Shown here piece after piece: positions 16,689 through 26,688 of a stretch of DNA of 64,000 nt. The notes beneath the pieces are model-generated. The model was not told where the DNA came from. It saw only the letters and a program-made list of their open reading frames with translations, and did not search any database. Within the stretch, counting starts at the first letter, position 1. Every line of letters begins with the position of its first letter. Both the position numbers and the translations under genes were made by a program. Origin of the DNA: Bdellovibrionales bacterium (lineage in GTDB: Bacteria; Bdellovibrionota; Bdellovibrionia; Bdellovibrionales; JAUICD01); contig OZ241914.1 of the NCBI GenBank assembly GCA_965203875.1, forward strand, positions 333,209 to 397,208, given 5' to 3'.

Positions 16689-17945
16689 ATGAAAGCTGCA
16701 AATAATACATGCTATGGATATCTCTTATCAGATGACATGCATGGTAAGTGGATACCTGTAACAGATGGATCAACTTTAAATTATTACATAGATCAAAATA
16801 AACCGGAGTTATCTAATATACGGATTAAGATCAATGGAAGCCGTGTATACATTAGTAATGTACATTTGAGTGCTCCGTTGTATATCAATGGAGCACAAAT
16901 AATAGATGCAGTGCTAAACAACGGTGATGTCATATCGGCTTGTGACAATAAATTATTCTTTTTTACGAAAAAAATAAATGTTAGTGCAGCTCAATCTGAC
17001 AATATACTATGGCAAAAAGAGTTATCTCTACTGCCAGGGTATGCTGTTACAAAGCATCCTGTTCTGCTATCAGGTGAGTCTGGAGTTGGAAAAGATGTGC
17101 TAGCTAAATTTATACATAAGATGTCCAGACGAAATAGACAACCTTATGTTAGTATAAACTGTAGTACTCTGACTGACAATATGATTGAAAGTGAATTATT
17201 TGGTCACAAAAAAGGTAGCTTCACCGGTTCTGTATGTGACCGCAAAGGAGCATTTCTGTCAGCAAAAGGTGGAACCTTGTTTTTAGATGAAATAAGTGAT
17301 TTACCAATGCATCTTCAACCAAAACTTCTAAGAGCACTAGAGAACAATGAGATAAAACCCTTGGGCGAAGATATAAGTATAAAAACAAATGTGAGAGTCA
17401 TCTCTGCAACCAATAGAAATTTGACAGATTTAGTTAGGAAACAAAAGTTTAGATCTGATTTATTTTTTAGATTAAATGTTATTCATGTTAAAATACCTCC
17501 TTTACGATATAGAAGAGAAGATATAAAGCCGTTGCTTTCTAATTTTTGTGCTAGTAAAAAAGTTAAGTTTAATGATTGTGCCATCAATGCATTAGAACAA
17601 TATTATTGGCCAGGAAATGTTAGAGAGCTTAAAAATTTTGTGTTTAGAACATCAACTACATTTTATAATAAAACTGTATATGAACATAATCTAACTAGTC
17701 TTTTAGAGCTGAGCAATGCTGGTTTTAATAAATATGGTTTTGGCTATAACTCTGATCAATTTGAACAAGTTGAGAAAGATACGATGATAGAAATTTTAAA
17801 ACGAAATAATGGCGATGTTACATCATCCGCTGATGAGTTTAAAATATCTAAAAGTAAATTTTATTATAAACTAAGAAAATGGAATATTAAACCGAAAATG
17901 TTTGGTAGTCAGAGTCACAGGACGGTATCAGATGTTCGAGCCTAG
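16689..17945 (+). CDS. Sigma-54-dependent transcriptional activator (EBP) with FHA-like N-terminal domain and C-terminal HTH
   Basis: Walker A GESGVGKDV, Walker B GGTLFLDEISDL, ESELFGHKKGSFTGS (a GAFTGA variant), RSDLFFRLNV, WPGNVRELKN. GGAGG lies 5 nt before the ATG at 16689. Confidence 0.9.
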   Translation: MKAANNTCYGYLLSDDMHGKWIPVTDGSTLNYYIDQNKPELSNIRIKINGSRVYISNVHLSAPLYINGAQIIDAVLNNGDVISACDNKLFFFTKKINVSAAQSDNILWQKELSLLPGYAVTKHPVLLSGESGVGKDVLAKFIHKMSRRNRQPYVSINCSTLTDNMIESELFGHKKGSFTGSVCDRKGAFLSAKGGTLFLDEISDLPMHLQPKLLRALENNEIKPLGEDISIKTNVRVISATNRNLTDLVRKQKFRSDLFFRLNVIHVKIPPLRYRREDIKPLLSNFCASKKVKFNDCAINALEQYYWPGNVRELKNFVFRTSTTFYNKTVYEHNLTSLLELSNAGFNKYGFGYNSDQFEQVEKDTMIEILKRNNGDVTSSADEFKISKSKFYYKLRKWNIKPKMFGSQSHRTVSDVRA

Positions 17946-19005
17946 CAAATTTTAGAGCAATAGGAAATCCTATTTCCTTTGTAAGAGTTTTAATACGCTC
18001 TGGATTTTTCATTAGATGAAATATTTCTAAAAAATTGCATATTTGTACAATTTCTGATGGAAACATCCCAAGCTCTACTTTCATAAAGTTTGTAAGGTTA
18101 GCATCATTAATTATACTACCTCTTTCTATTTTAGACTCTGGATCATAGCTTTTAAACGCTGTTAAAAATCCCAAAGTTAGATAAGCAAAACGTTCCTTTG
18201 GATCTGTCTCATCACACACATTTATATTATCTAGATATACTGTGAAGTCTTCTAAAGAACTTTTGTTTTGCATGGCTGTATGTAAAGTTGGAGAAATATA
18301 TTTTAGAATATCTAAATCTAATAGCTCTAAAAAAACTGACTTAGGATTTGCTAATTTCAAAATTTTTATAATTTCTTCTCTTATTCTAGGTAACTTTGCG
18401 TTTTTAATTTCTGAACCTAGTTTGGTAATGGCATTTTTTAATTCAGGCTCTATAGAAAATTTTAGCTTTTCTGCAAATCGTAAGATTCGTAGAATCCTGA
18501 TAGGATCTTCTTTTAATCTTACATAAGGATCACCAATCATTCTGATGATTCTTTTATTGATATCTTTGACACCATCTTCATAATCTTCAATTTTCTTTGC
18601 AATTGGATCGTAAAATATGCTGTTTATCGTCAAATCTCTTCTTGATGCATCATCTTCTGCTCCACCAAATACGTTGTCATTGGTTGATAAATCTGTACTA
18701 TTTTCAGGTGCTTTTCTAAACGTAGCCACTTCAAATTGTTTAACTCCTCTTTTAACCAGCACAAGCTTAAATCTTTTTCCAATAAGATAACTATTTTTTA
18801 CCAAAAACCTGACTGTTTTAGGTTTTGCACTTGTCACTATATCAAAATCTTTTGGCTGTAGGCCTAGTAGTAGGTCTCGGACACATCCTCCTACTAGATA
18901 AGCGACAAAACCTCCATCTTGTAGCTGTTTTATGATTGTTAATGCTTCAGAGTCTATTGCTCTAGCATCTATTAGATTTAGCATTTGTCTGGTAAGACTA
19001 GTCAT
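17887..19005 (-). CDS. tRNA nucleotidyltransferase / poly(A) polymerase family protein
   Basis: YLVGGCVRDLLLG..PKDFDIVT and RRDLTINSIFYD motifs; 372 aa. Confidence 0.85.
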   Translation of the reverse strand: MTSLTRQMLNLIDARAIDSEALTIIKQLQDGGFVAYLVGGCVRDLLLGLQPKDFDIVTSAKPKTVRFLVKNSYLIGKRFKLVLVKRGVKQFEVATFRKAPENSTDLSTNDNVFGGAEDDASRRDLTINSIFYDPIAKKIEDYEDGVKDINKRIIRMIGDPYVRLKEDPIRILRILRFAEKLKFSIEPELKNAITKLGSEIKNAKLPRIREEIIKILKLANPKSVFLELLDLDILKYISPTLHTAMQNKSSLEDFTVYLDNINVCDETDPKERFAYLTLGFLTAFKSYDPESKIERGSIINDANLTNFMKVELGMFPSEIVQICNFLEIFHLMKNPERIKTLTKEIGFPIALKFARLEHLIPSCDSDYQTFSV

Positions 19006-19113
19006 TTTTGAAGTTTCCTTAATTTTAATAACAAAATATTAACATGACACTTAAAAGATGATAGTTATCATAACAGTTAAGTTTTAGTTATTTTGTCACA
19101 AAGCTGCAAGTGA

Positions 19114-20553
19114 ATGTATTTCAAAGATCTAAATCTTTCAGATGAATTATTTCAAGGCATTACTTCAAATGGCTTCGAGGAGTGTACTCCTATACAGGCT
19201 GCTACCATCCCAGACTGTTTAAAAGGCAAAGATATATCAGGGCTTGCTCAGACTGGCACTGGCAAAACTGCTGCATTTTTGGTTCCTTTGATGGAGAGGG
19301 TTTTTATGGGAAAGCTTGGAAAAAATGGGTTTTCCAATTGGCAGAAAGGTCAATTTTGTCTGATTATGGTCCCAACAAGAGAGCTTGCAGAGCAAGTATA
19401 CCAAGATTTTTACTCTTTTAAGGGTGCTACAGTTCTGGATGCTGTCCAAATCTATGGCGGCACCACTTATGACAGACAAAACAAAATGATCAAACAGGGG
19501 GTTGAATTTATTATAAGTACCCCTGGTAGACTTATCGATTTGTATAAATCTCATTCTTTAGATCTCAGACAATGTAGGGCAATTGTTTTTGATGAAGCTG
19601 ACAAAATGTTTGATATGGGATTCAAAGATGACATGCAATTTTTATTGCACAGAATTCCTAGAAATAGACAACTTATGTTTTTTAGCGCAACCATGGATTT
19701 TTCTGTTATCAACATGGCTTATAAGTTTGGGGCATCACCTATAGAAATAGATCTAAGCAAAAAGCACGTAAGAACACAAAATGTAGATGACTACATATAC
19801 CATATAGGAGAATCACAAAAACCACAGTATCTACTGTCTGTGTTGAACAAACTTAATCCTAAACAGACAATAGTATTTAGTAACTTCAAGCACAAAATTG
19901 AAGTGCTGGAAATGTTTTTAAATAAAAATGGCATTACTTCAACTGGTATTTCTAGTCTTTTGACACAGCAGCAGCGTAAAAGAGTCATGGATCAGTTTAG
20001 AAACCACCCAGATTTTAATGTGCTGGTAGCAACTGATGTGGCAGCTAGAGGATTAGACATAGAAAATGTAGATCTAGTAATTAACTATGAGCTTGCTGAT
20101 AACCCAGAAAATTATATCCATAGAATTGGAAGAACAGGTAGAGCTAAAAAAATTGGCGTTGCCTGTAGCCTGGTCTCTGATTTAGATGTTCCTAACTTAC
20201 TTAGAGTTGAAGAATACCTAGCAAGTAAACTAAAAACACAATGGCTTGAAAAATCTGATCTAATAGAAGATTTTGTAACTTTAGATAAAGTAAAACAAGA
20301 TATAGCTAAGAAAAAATATAAACCTACTAAAAAAACTAAAAAGCCTAAAACCAGACCTAAAAAGATATCTAAAAAAACATCTAAAGCAGCATCGTATAAA
20401 CCCAAACAGGTTACTAAATCTTTTGAAGATAAAAGGATAAATAAAAAGGTAAAGAAAAAAGTGAAGGTAAGAAAGGGAAGAAGTGGGAAGAGTAAAAAAG
20501 GTGTTTTGTCTTTTATTGATAGACTAAAAGGTCTGACAAAATGTTTTTATTAA
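19114..20553 (+). CDS. DEAD-box ATP-dependent RNA helicase with Lys-rich C-terminal tail
   Basis: Q motif region, AQTGTGKTAAF, VFDEADKMFDMGF, SAT, HRIGRTGRA. Confidence 0.95.
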   Translation: MYFKDLNLSDELFQGITSNGFEECTPIQAATIPDCLKGKDISGLAQTGTGKTAAFLVPLMERVFMGKLGKNGFSNWQKGQFCLIMVPTRELAEQVYQDFYSFKGATVLDAVQIYGGTTYDRQNKMIKQGVEFIISTPGRLIDLYKSHSLDLRQCRAIVFDEADKMFDMGFKDDMQFLLHRIPRNRQLMFFSATMDFSVINMAYKFGASPIEIDLSKKHVRTQNVDDYIYHIGESQKPQYLLSVLNKLNPKQTIVFSNFKHKIEVLEMFLNKNGITSTGISSLLTQQQRKRVMDQFRNHPDFNVLVATDVAARGLDIENVDLVINYELADNPENYIHRIGRTGRAKKIGVACSLVSDLDVPNLLRVEEYLASKLKTQWLEKSDLIEDFVTLDKVKQDIAKKKYKPTKKTKKPKTRPKKISKKTSKAASYKPKQVTKSFEDKRINKKVKKKVKVRKGRSGKSKKGVLSFIDRLKGLTKCFY

Positions 20554-20700
20554 AACCGAAGGGTTTTAAGCAATTCTTTTGTAGGTTACCTTGAATGTTA
20601 GGCAACATTTTCAATAAGTGCACACCTAGCTTCACTTTCGGCCTCCGGCCTATTCGTTACGCTAGTGCACACTTATTGAAAACGAAGACCTTTAATATAA
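20553..20700 (-). repeat. Nested-hairpin extragenic repeat, copy 1 (sense on minus strand, downstream of recA)
   Basis: The minus strand reads TAAAGGTCTTCGTTTTCAATAAGTGTGCACTAGC...GGCCGGAGGCC...GCTAGGTGTGCACTTATTGAAAATGTTGCCTAACATTCAAGGTAAC. It is homologous to the copies at 28941, 32679 and 49141. Confidence 0.7.
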
Positions 20701-20714
20701 AATGAAAACCCTTA

Positions 20715-21782
20715 TTACTTTTTTGCTTCTTTGGTAGTGATATTAGGCTTAGCAGCACCAGTACCACCGTCCACAGACTGTATACCATGCATTATTAACA
20801 GTTTGTTTCTTAAAAGATTCAGTACATTAGTATGTTTCTTTAAGTAAGCTTTAGCACCTTCTCTACCTTGAGCAATCTTACTTCCTTCATAACTGTACCA
20901 GGAACCTGCCTTTTGAACCAAGTTCTTAGACACAGCAAGATCCAATATATCACCTTCTATAGAAATACCATCGCCATACATCAAATCAAATTCCACCTTA
21001 GCAAATGGAGGAGCCAATTTATTTTTTACAACCTTAACTACAGTTTTACACCCTATGGCAGTATCACCTTCCTTTATTACAGAAGATCTTCTGACATCAA
21101 GCCTGACAGAAGAATAAAATTTAAGTGCGTTTCCACCAGTAGTGGTTTCTGGATTCCCAAACATAACACCTATTTTCATTCTGATCTGGTTTATAAAAAC
21201 TACAGTGGTATGTGATCTATTAATGGCAGCCGTTAGTTTACGTAAAGCCTGAGACATTAACCTAGCCTGCAAACCCATATGGCTATCGCCCATCTCACCT
21301 TCTATCTCTGCTTTAGGGGTCAAAGCAGCCACAGAATCTACAACTAGAATATCTACACCACCAGAGCGTACCAAAGTTTCTGTAATCTCAAGTGCTTGCT
21401 CACCTGTATCAGGCTGAGAGATCAACATATCTTTTGTTTCAACACCCAATTTTTTTGCATAAGCCAAATCTAAAGCATGCTCTGCATCTACAAATGCAGC
21501 CGTACCACCATTTTTTTGACATTGAGCTATTATCGACAATGCCAAAGTAGTTTTACCAGAAGATTCAGGTCCGTAGACTTCCACGATTCTACCTCTAGGA
21601 ACACCTCCAATGCCAAGTCCAATATCTAACGAAAGAGAACCAGTAGATATAGTAGAAATATTTTGATAAGAAGTTTTCTTTTCCCCCAACTTCATTATAG
21701 AGCCTTTGCCAAATTGTTTTTCTATAGTGCTTATAGCTACTTCTAAAGCCTTTTTTCTTTCTGTTCTATTAGTCTCCAACAT
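20715..21782 (-). CDS. recA: Recombinase A
   Basis: 355 aa. [12 protein letters not shown] Walker A; highly conserved RecA sequence throughout. Confidence 0.97.
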   Translation of the reverse strand: MLETNRTERKKALEVAISTIEKQFGKGSIMKLGEKKTSYQNISTISTGSLSLDIGLGIGGVPRGRIVEVYGPESSGKTTLALSIIAQCQKNGGTAAFVDAEHALDLAYAKKLGVETKDMLISQPDTGEQALEITETLVRSGGVDILVVDSVAALTPKAEIEGEMGDSHMGLQARLMSQALRKLTAAINRSHTTVVFINQIRMKIGVMFGNPETTTGGNALKFYSSVRLDVRRSSVIKEGDTAIGCKTVVKVVKNKLAPPFAKVEFDLMYGDGISIEGDILDLAVSKNLVQKAGSWYSYEGSKIAQGREGAKAYLKKHTNVLNLLRNKLLIMHGIQSVDGGTGAAKPNITTKEAKK

Positions 21783-21834
21783 AGACGCCTCCTAGTAATA
21801 AAAATCATCCGATAGTTCGTCCCATTCCTACTAT

Positions 21835-21858
21835 AAAGGTAGTCCTAAAAGTACCTTT
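21835..21858 (-). promoter_or_regulatory. 7-bp inverted repeat AAAGGTA-N10-TACCTTT upstream of recA (candidate operator)
   Basis: Perfect palindromic arms about 55-75 nt upstream of the recA ATG, adjacent to a TATAGT -10-like hexamer on the minus strand. Confidence 0.3.
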
Positions 21859-21890
21859 TTCAGATTTGCCTAATATTTAACGCTTGGGGT

Positions 21891-22337
21891 CTATATTAAT
21901 TGATGAAGGATTTGCAAAAAAATATTGGTAAAAAGCCCTGCAACCACATCATCCAATACAACACCCATGCTACCTTTTACAGTTCTATCCAAATACCCTA
22001 TTGGAAACGGTTTTGTAATATCTAGAATTCTAAAAATTATAAAAGATAAAAAAATATACACTATAGTTGGAGGCAGTATAGCCATGGCCACCAAATAACC
22101 GGCTATTTCATCAATTACTATAGAGCTATGATCTCTTGTGTTCATGTTGGTTTCATAAATTTCAACAAGCACAATAGAAACAATAATAAATACTAAAGCA
22201 AAAGATAAATAAACCATATCATTAAATTGGCCCAATAAAATAACCAGAGGAATGCCCAAAGCTGTTCCTATTGTTCCAGAAGCTCTGGGTGCCAAACCAC
22301 AATAAAATCCGGTCACAATTAATTTTACAAATGTCAT
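21891..22337 (-). CDS. pgpA: Phosphatidylglycerophosphatase A
   Basis: GLAPRASGTIGTALG and DITKPFPIGYLD motifs typical of PgpA. ATG at 22337 is preferred over the ORF-track GTG at 22355. Confidence 0.85.
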   Translation of the reverse strand: MTFVKLIVTGFYCGLAPRASGTIGTALGIPLVILLGQFNDMVYLSFALVFIIVSIVLVEIYETNMNTRDHSSIVIDEIAGYLVAMAILPPTIVYIFLSFIIFRILDITKPFPIGYLDRTVKGSMGVVLDDVVAGLFTNIFLQILHQLI

Positions 22338-22448
22338 AGCACTTCTTCCTATCACGTTTTTTTTTGACTGAATAGCTACTAATTTATTGAGAGAAAATCT
22401 ACATCATGCTAGAACAAGCATTACGACCTCAATATTGGAGTTAATCCT

Positions 22449-22871
22449 TTGATAGAAAGTTCAAAAAAAAATAAAATACTCGATAAGCTGGCTAGATACC
22501 TTGCAATAAGAGATCATTCTGTACAGGAATTAAAAGATAAACTTATAAAAAATTTTGATGAACAAGAAATAAACCAAGCAATAGAATATGCAGATAAAGC
22601 CGGTTGGCTAGTTCCAGAAGAAGAGTTATCACAGAAAGTGGCATCAAGGCTTAATTCCAAGTACAAAGGCAGAAGATATATAAACAAGTATTTATCTACA
22701 AAGGGTTTGCCTACAGTTGAAATTAAAGAAGACATAGAAATATCAAAAGCTAGGAAATTAATTAGAAAAAAACTCTATGACAAAGAACCTACGTTAAAAG
22801 TATATAGATTTTTATGTTCGCAAGGATATGATAGTAGTATAGCAAGAAGAGTAGTACATGAAAAGTCATGA
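22449..22871 (+). CDS. recX: Recombination regulator RecX
   Basis: 140 aa helical-repeat protein (LAIRDHSVQELKDKL...) located immediately upstream of and overlapping alaS. TTG start. Confidence 0.8.
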   Translation: MIESSKKNKILDKLARYLAIRDHSVQELKDKLIKNFDEQEINQAIEYADKAGWLVPEEELSQKVASRLNSKYKGRRYINKYLSTKGLPTVEIKEDIEISKARKLIRKKLYDKEPTLKVYRFLCSQGYDSSIARRVVHEKS

Positions 22872-25476
22872 GGTAAGACAAAGTTTTATTGATTATTTTG
22901 CCGAAAACGGACATATGCATTTAAAGAGCAGTTCTCTTGTTCCGGATGGCCAAGATCTTTTGTTTACAAATTCGGGAATGAATCAATTCAAAAATGTTTT
23001 TTTAGGCATAGAATCACCTCCGTCTGATAAAGTGGTCACATGTCAAAAGTGTTTAAGAGCTGGTGGGAAGCATAATGATCTGGAAAATGTCGGCCACACA
23101 GCAAGACACCATACGTTTTTTGAAATGCTGGGAAATTTTTCTTTTGGAAGTTATTTTAAAAAAGAAGCAATTTTCTATGCATGGGACTATTTAACAAAAA
23201 CCCTAAAATTAGACAAGGATCGATTGTACATCAGTGTTTTTAAAGATGATCTGGAGTCATTTGATATTTGGCACAAACAAGAAAAGATACCTACAGATAG
23301 AATATTCAAATTTGGCGAAGAAGATAATTTTTGGAGAATGGGTAGTACAGGTCCTTGTGGACCTTGTAGTGAAATATACTATGATCATTATCCAGAAAGA
23401 GGAAAACCTAAGGATATAAATGATGACACAACCAATAGGTTTGTCGAAATATGGAATTTGGTATTTATGCAGTTTTATGAAACAGAAAACAAACGGCAAA
23501 AAATTCCAAAACCTTGTGTAGATACAGGGGCTGGTTTAGAAAGATTGTCTGCTGTTATGCAAAATACAAATGTAAATTTTGAAACTGATCTATTCTTATT
23601 TCTAACGGATAAACTATCTAGCAAAACTAATATATCTTACAAAAGTGACAATAAAACTATAATAGCAATGAGAGTGTTAGCAGATCATGCTAGAGCGGTT
23701 TCGTTTTTAATCGCAGATGGAGTGATGCCATCAAATGATGGTAGAGGGTACGTTTTAAGAAGAATCATTAGAAGAGCAATAATGTATTCCAGAAAATTGT
23801 CAGAGCACACAGACTTGCTATCTAGTTTAACAAAAGAAGTTATTTCAAAAATGAAATCTGTATATCCAGATTTGGATAAAAATAAAGCTCTAATATTAAG
23901 AACCACAAAAAATGAAGAGGAAAAATTTATGCATACCTTAGATCAAGGTGAAGAACTTTTAAATGAAGCTTTGCAAAAATCGCATAACAAAATTTTGGAT
24001 GGTGCTGTTGCTTTTAAGTTATATGACACGTACGGCTTTCCTGTTGACCTAACCAAAGTTATTGCTAAAGAACATGGAATCACTGTAGATGAAGAATCAT
24101 TTTTAAAGCATATGTCTAAGGCTAAAGCTATATCTAAATCCACTTGGACAGGACAGCATATAAATAAAAATGAAGAACACGTCATAGCATTTGTATCCAA
24201 AAATAATAAAACAAAATTTCTAGGATATGAAATGCTAGAGTGTGAATCTAAAGTGTTAGCTATATCAGATACTAAAAGCCAAGTGCAAGAACTTAAATCG
24301 AATCAGTTAGGATTTTTGATTTTGGACAAAACTTGTTTTTATGCTGAGAGCGGGGGACAAGTGGGGGATGTAGGTGAAATCCTAAGTTTAGCAGAAGTGC
24401 AAGACACTATAAAAAGAAATGATGTTTTTGTGCATGTGGTAAAGATAAATCAAAGTAAGTCAATAAAGGTAGGTGACAAAGTAAAGTTAATTGTAGATAA
24501 GCAACAAAGAGAGAAAGCATCAAACAATCATTCTGCAACTCATCTTCTGTATTACGGATTAAAAAAATTTTTAGGCGATCATATAAAACAAGCAGGTAGT
24601 CATGTAAACGGTGATCGCTTAAGGTTTGATTTTACCCACGACAAACAAGTGACTCCAGAAGAAATAGCAATGATAGAAAATGAAATTAACCAAGTTATCT
24701 CGGATAAAATAGATGTAATACATGAAAGCATGGAATACGACACTGCCACTAAAAAAGGTGCTGTAGGTATGTTTGGAGAAAAATATGGCAAAATAGTCAG
24801 AACAATAAAGATGGGAGATGTATCTTTTGAATTGTGTGGAGGAACGCATGTTAAAAATACCTCCAGCATCCAGGCATTTAAAATTGTATCAGAAGGCAGT
24901 GTTAAGTCAGGCGTTAGAAGAATAGAAGCCGTTGCTGGAGTTGAAGGAGTAAAGTTTTTACTTAAAAATACAAGAGAAAATATTCTAAGCAAAAAAACTG
25001 CCCACGTTCAAGATAGCTGGCAGAATTATAAGAATAATATTTTTGTTTTACCAGATTGGATAAAAGAGAAAGAAAAAATCGAAAAAGATTTGAAAAAACA
25101 AATCAAAATGCTAGGTCGCCCTAAGTTAGATATAGATCAATATATAAAAAATGCTGAAGGTATAGGAAATCATAAATTTATATTTGCACACATTAAGTCA
25201 AAAGACAGAAGCTACTTGATGAACGCTGTGACTAAACTTAAATCCAAAATTAATTCTGGATTAATTGTAGTCATTGGAAAGGATAGAAAAATTCCTTTGA
25301 TAGTAACTGCAAAAAATATTGGCGTGGATTCAAATGATATCTTAAATAAAATTGTAAAAATAGCCGGAGGTGGCGGAGGAGGCAGAAAAGAATTGGCTCA
25401 AGGCTTTATATTAAACATAGACAAATTGACTGAATGTAAAGATACCATAAATAAGTATATGAAAGAGGTTGTTTGA
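22858..25476 (+). CDS. alaS: Alanine--tRNA ligase
   Basis: 872 aa. HHTFFEMLGNFSFG, editing-domain HSATHLL, C-terminal GGGGGG (DHHA1). Confidence 0.97.
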   Translation: MKSHEVRQSFIDYFAENGHMHLKSSSLVPDGQDLLFTNSGMNQFKNVFLGIESPPSDKVVTCQKCLRAGGKHNDLENVGHTARHHTFFEMLGNFSFGSYFKKEAIFYAWDYLTKTLKLDKDRLYISVFKDDLESFDIWHKQEKIPTDRIFKFGEEDNFWRMGSTGPCGPCSEIYYDHYPERGKPKDINDDTTNRFVEIWNLVFMQFYETENKRQKIPKPCVDTGAGLERLSAVMQNTNVNFETDLFLFLTDKLSSKTNISYKSDNKTIIAMRVLADHARAVSFLIADGVMPSNDGRGYVLRRIIRRAIMYSRKLSEHTDLLSSLTKEVISKMKSVYPDLDKNKALILRTTKNEEEKFMHTLDQGEELLNEALQKSHNKILDGAVAFKLYDTYGFPVDLTKVIAKEHGITVDEESFLKHMSKAKAISKSTWTGQHINKNEEHVIAFVSKNNKTKFLGYEMLECESKVLAISDTKSQVQELKSNQLGFLILDKTCFYAESGGQVGDVGEILSLAEVQDTIKRNDVFVHVVKINQSKSIKVGDKVKLIVDKQQREKASNNHSATHLLYYGLKKFLGDHIKQAGSHVNGDRLRFDFTHDKQVTPEEIAMIENEINQVISDKIDVIHESMEYDTATKKGAVGMFGEKYGKIVRTIKMGDVSFELCGGTHVKNTSSIQAFKIVSEGSVKSGVRRIEAVAGVEGVKFLLKNTRENILSKKTAHVQDSWQNYKNNIFVLPDWIKEKEKIEKDLKKQIKMLGRPKLDIDQYIKNAEGIGNHKFIFAHIKSKDRSYLMNAVTKLKSKINSGLIVVIGKDRKIPLIVTAKNIGVDSNDILNKIVKIAGGGGGGRKELAQGFILNIDKLTECKDTINKYMKEVV

Positions 25477-26123
25477 TGAGAACAAAAATAAATTCACCAA
25501 AAGCAAAGTATTTGAAAGAACTTTTTTGTGATGAAGACGCTAATTTTGAACTGGCAAAATCCAACGCTAATAAGCTCAATCCTGATATGTCCATTTCTTT
25601 TATTGAGGGTAAAATTTTACAAGTGCTCTTAAGATCAATACATGCAAAAAAGGTGATAGAAGTTGGGACATTTACCGGATATTCTGCTCTATGGATTGCA
25701 AAAGCTCTGAATAACGAAGGTAAGATTTGGACTTTGGAACAAAATCCAGAACATGCCAAGCTGGCTAAAGAAGCATTGTCTGATTTTCCTGTGTGCGAAG
25801 TGTTGGAAGGAAATGCTTTAGATAGTTTAAAATTGTTGGAAAAAGAAGCTCCCTTTGATGCTATATTTATCGATGCTGATAAAAGTGGATATTTGGATTA
25901 TTTAGATTGGGCATCTAAACATATAAGAAAAGGTGGACTTATCATAGGTGATAACACTTATCTTTTTGAAAATGTATACCTAGATTCTCCAACTAATGAT
26001 GTTTCTAAAAAAGCATGGGAAGCTATGCGTAAATTTAATAAAACACTTAGCAATCCAGACAAATACACATCTGTCATTTTGCCTACTGAAGAGGGTATGT
26101 CCATAAGCATAAAAGAATTTTAA
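25473..26123 (+). CDS. SAM-dependent O-methyltransferase (family 3, caffeoyl-CoA OMT-like)
   Basis: VIEVGTFTGYSALWIAKAL, FDAIFIDADK; 216 aa. Confidence 0.8.
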   Translation: MMRTKINSPKAKYLKELFCDEDANFELAKSNANKLNPDMSISFIEGKILQVLLRSIHAKKVIEVGTFTGYSALWIAKALNNEGKIWTLEQNPEHAKLAKEALSDFPVCEVLEGNALDSLKLLEKEAPFDAIFIDADKSGYLDYLDWASKHIRKGGLIIGDNTYLFENVYLDSPTNDVSKKAWEAMRKFNKTLSNPDKYTSVILPTEEGMSISIKEF

Positions 26124-26668
26124 TGAGAGTTATTGGAGGCTATTTAAAAGGCAGAACGCTTGTCAGCTTTCAAAACTTAAACATCAGACCGATGTCTAAT
26201 ATGGTGAAAGAAAGTGTATTTAATATAATAAACTTTAAAATACAAAATTCATCAGTATTAGATTTATTTTCTGGTACAGGCAGTTTGTCTATAGAATCAG
26301 CTTCTAGAGGAGCTAAAAATATAATTGCAGTAGACAGTGGAAAAAACTCTGTAAACATAATAAGAAAAAATGTAGAAAAATTTAATCTATCAGATTCAAT
26401 AACAGTATGCAGACAAGATGCTTTTAAATTTCTAAAAAAATGCACTACTCAATTTGATATAGTTTTTGTTGATCCACCGTTTGTGAAAAAAATATCAGAT
26501 AAGATCGTGTCGTCAGTTTCAAATAGTGATGTAATACACAAAGATAGCATGCTGTTCATACAGGTAAGTAAGCATGACAACATTAAAGATTCATATGGAA
26601 AGCTATTTGTAGCAAATAAAAAATCATACAGTGATAAACATCTAATAATATTTAAAGTTAAACAGTAG
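26123..26668 (+). CDS. rsmD: 16S rRNA (guanine966-N2)-methyltransferase
   Basis: DLFSGTGSLSIESASRGA and the FVDPPF motif; 181 aa. Confidence 0.85.
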   Translation: MRVIGGYLKGRTLVSFQNLNIRPMSNMVKESVFNIINFKIQNSSVLDLFSGTGSLSIESASRGAKNIIAVDSGKNSVNIIRKNVEKFNLSDSITVCRQDAFKFLKKCTTQFDIVFVDPPFVKKISDKIVSSVSNSDVIHKDSMLFIQVSKHDNIKDSYGKLFVANKKSYSDKHLIIFKVKQ

Positions 26669-26688
26669 TATTTTTAACTAAAAACTTT

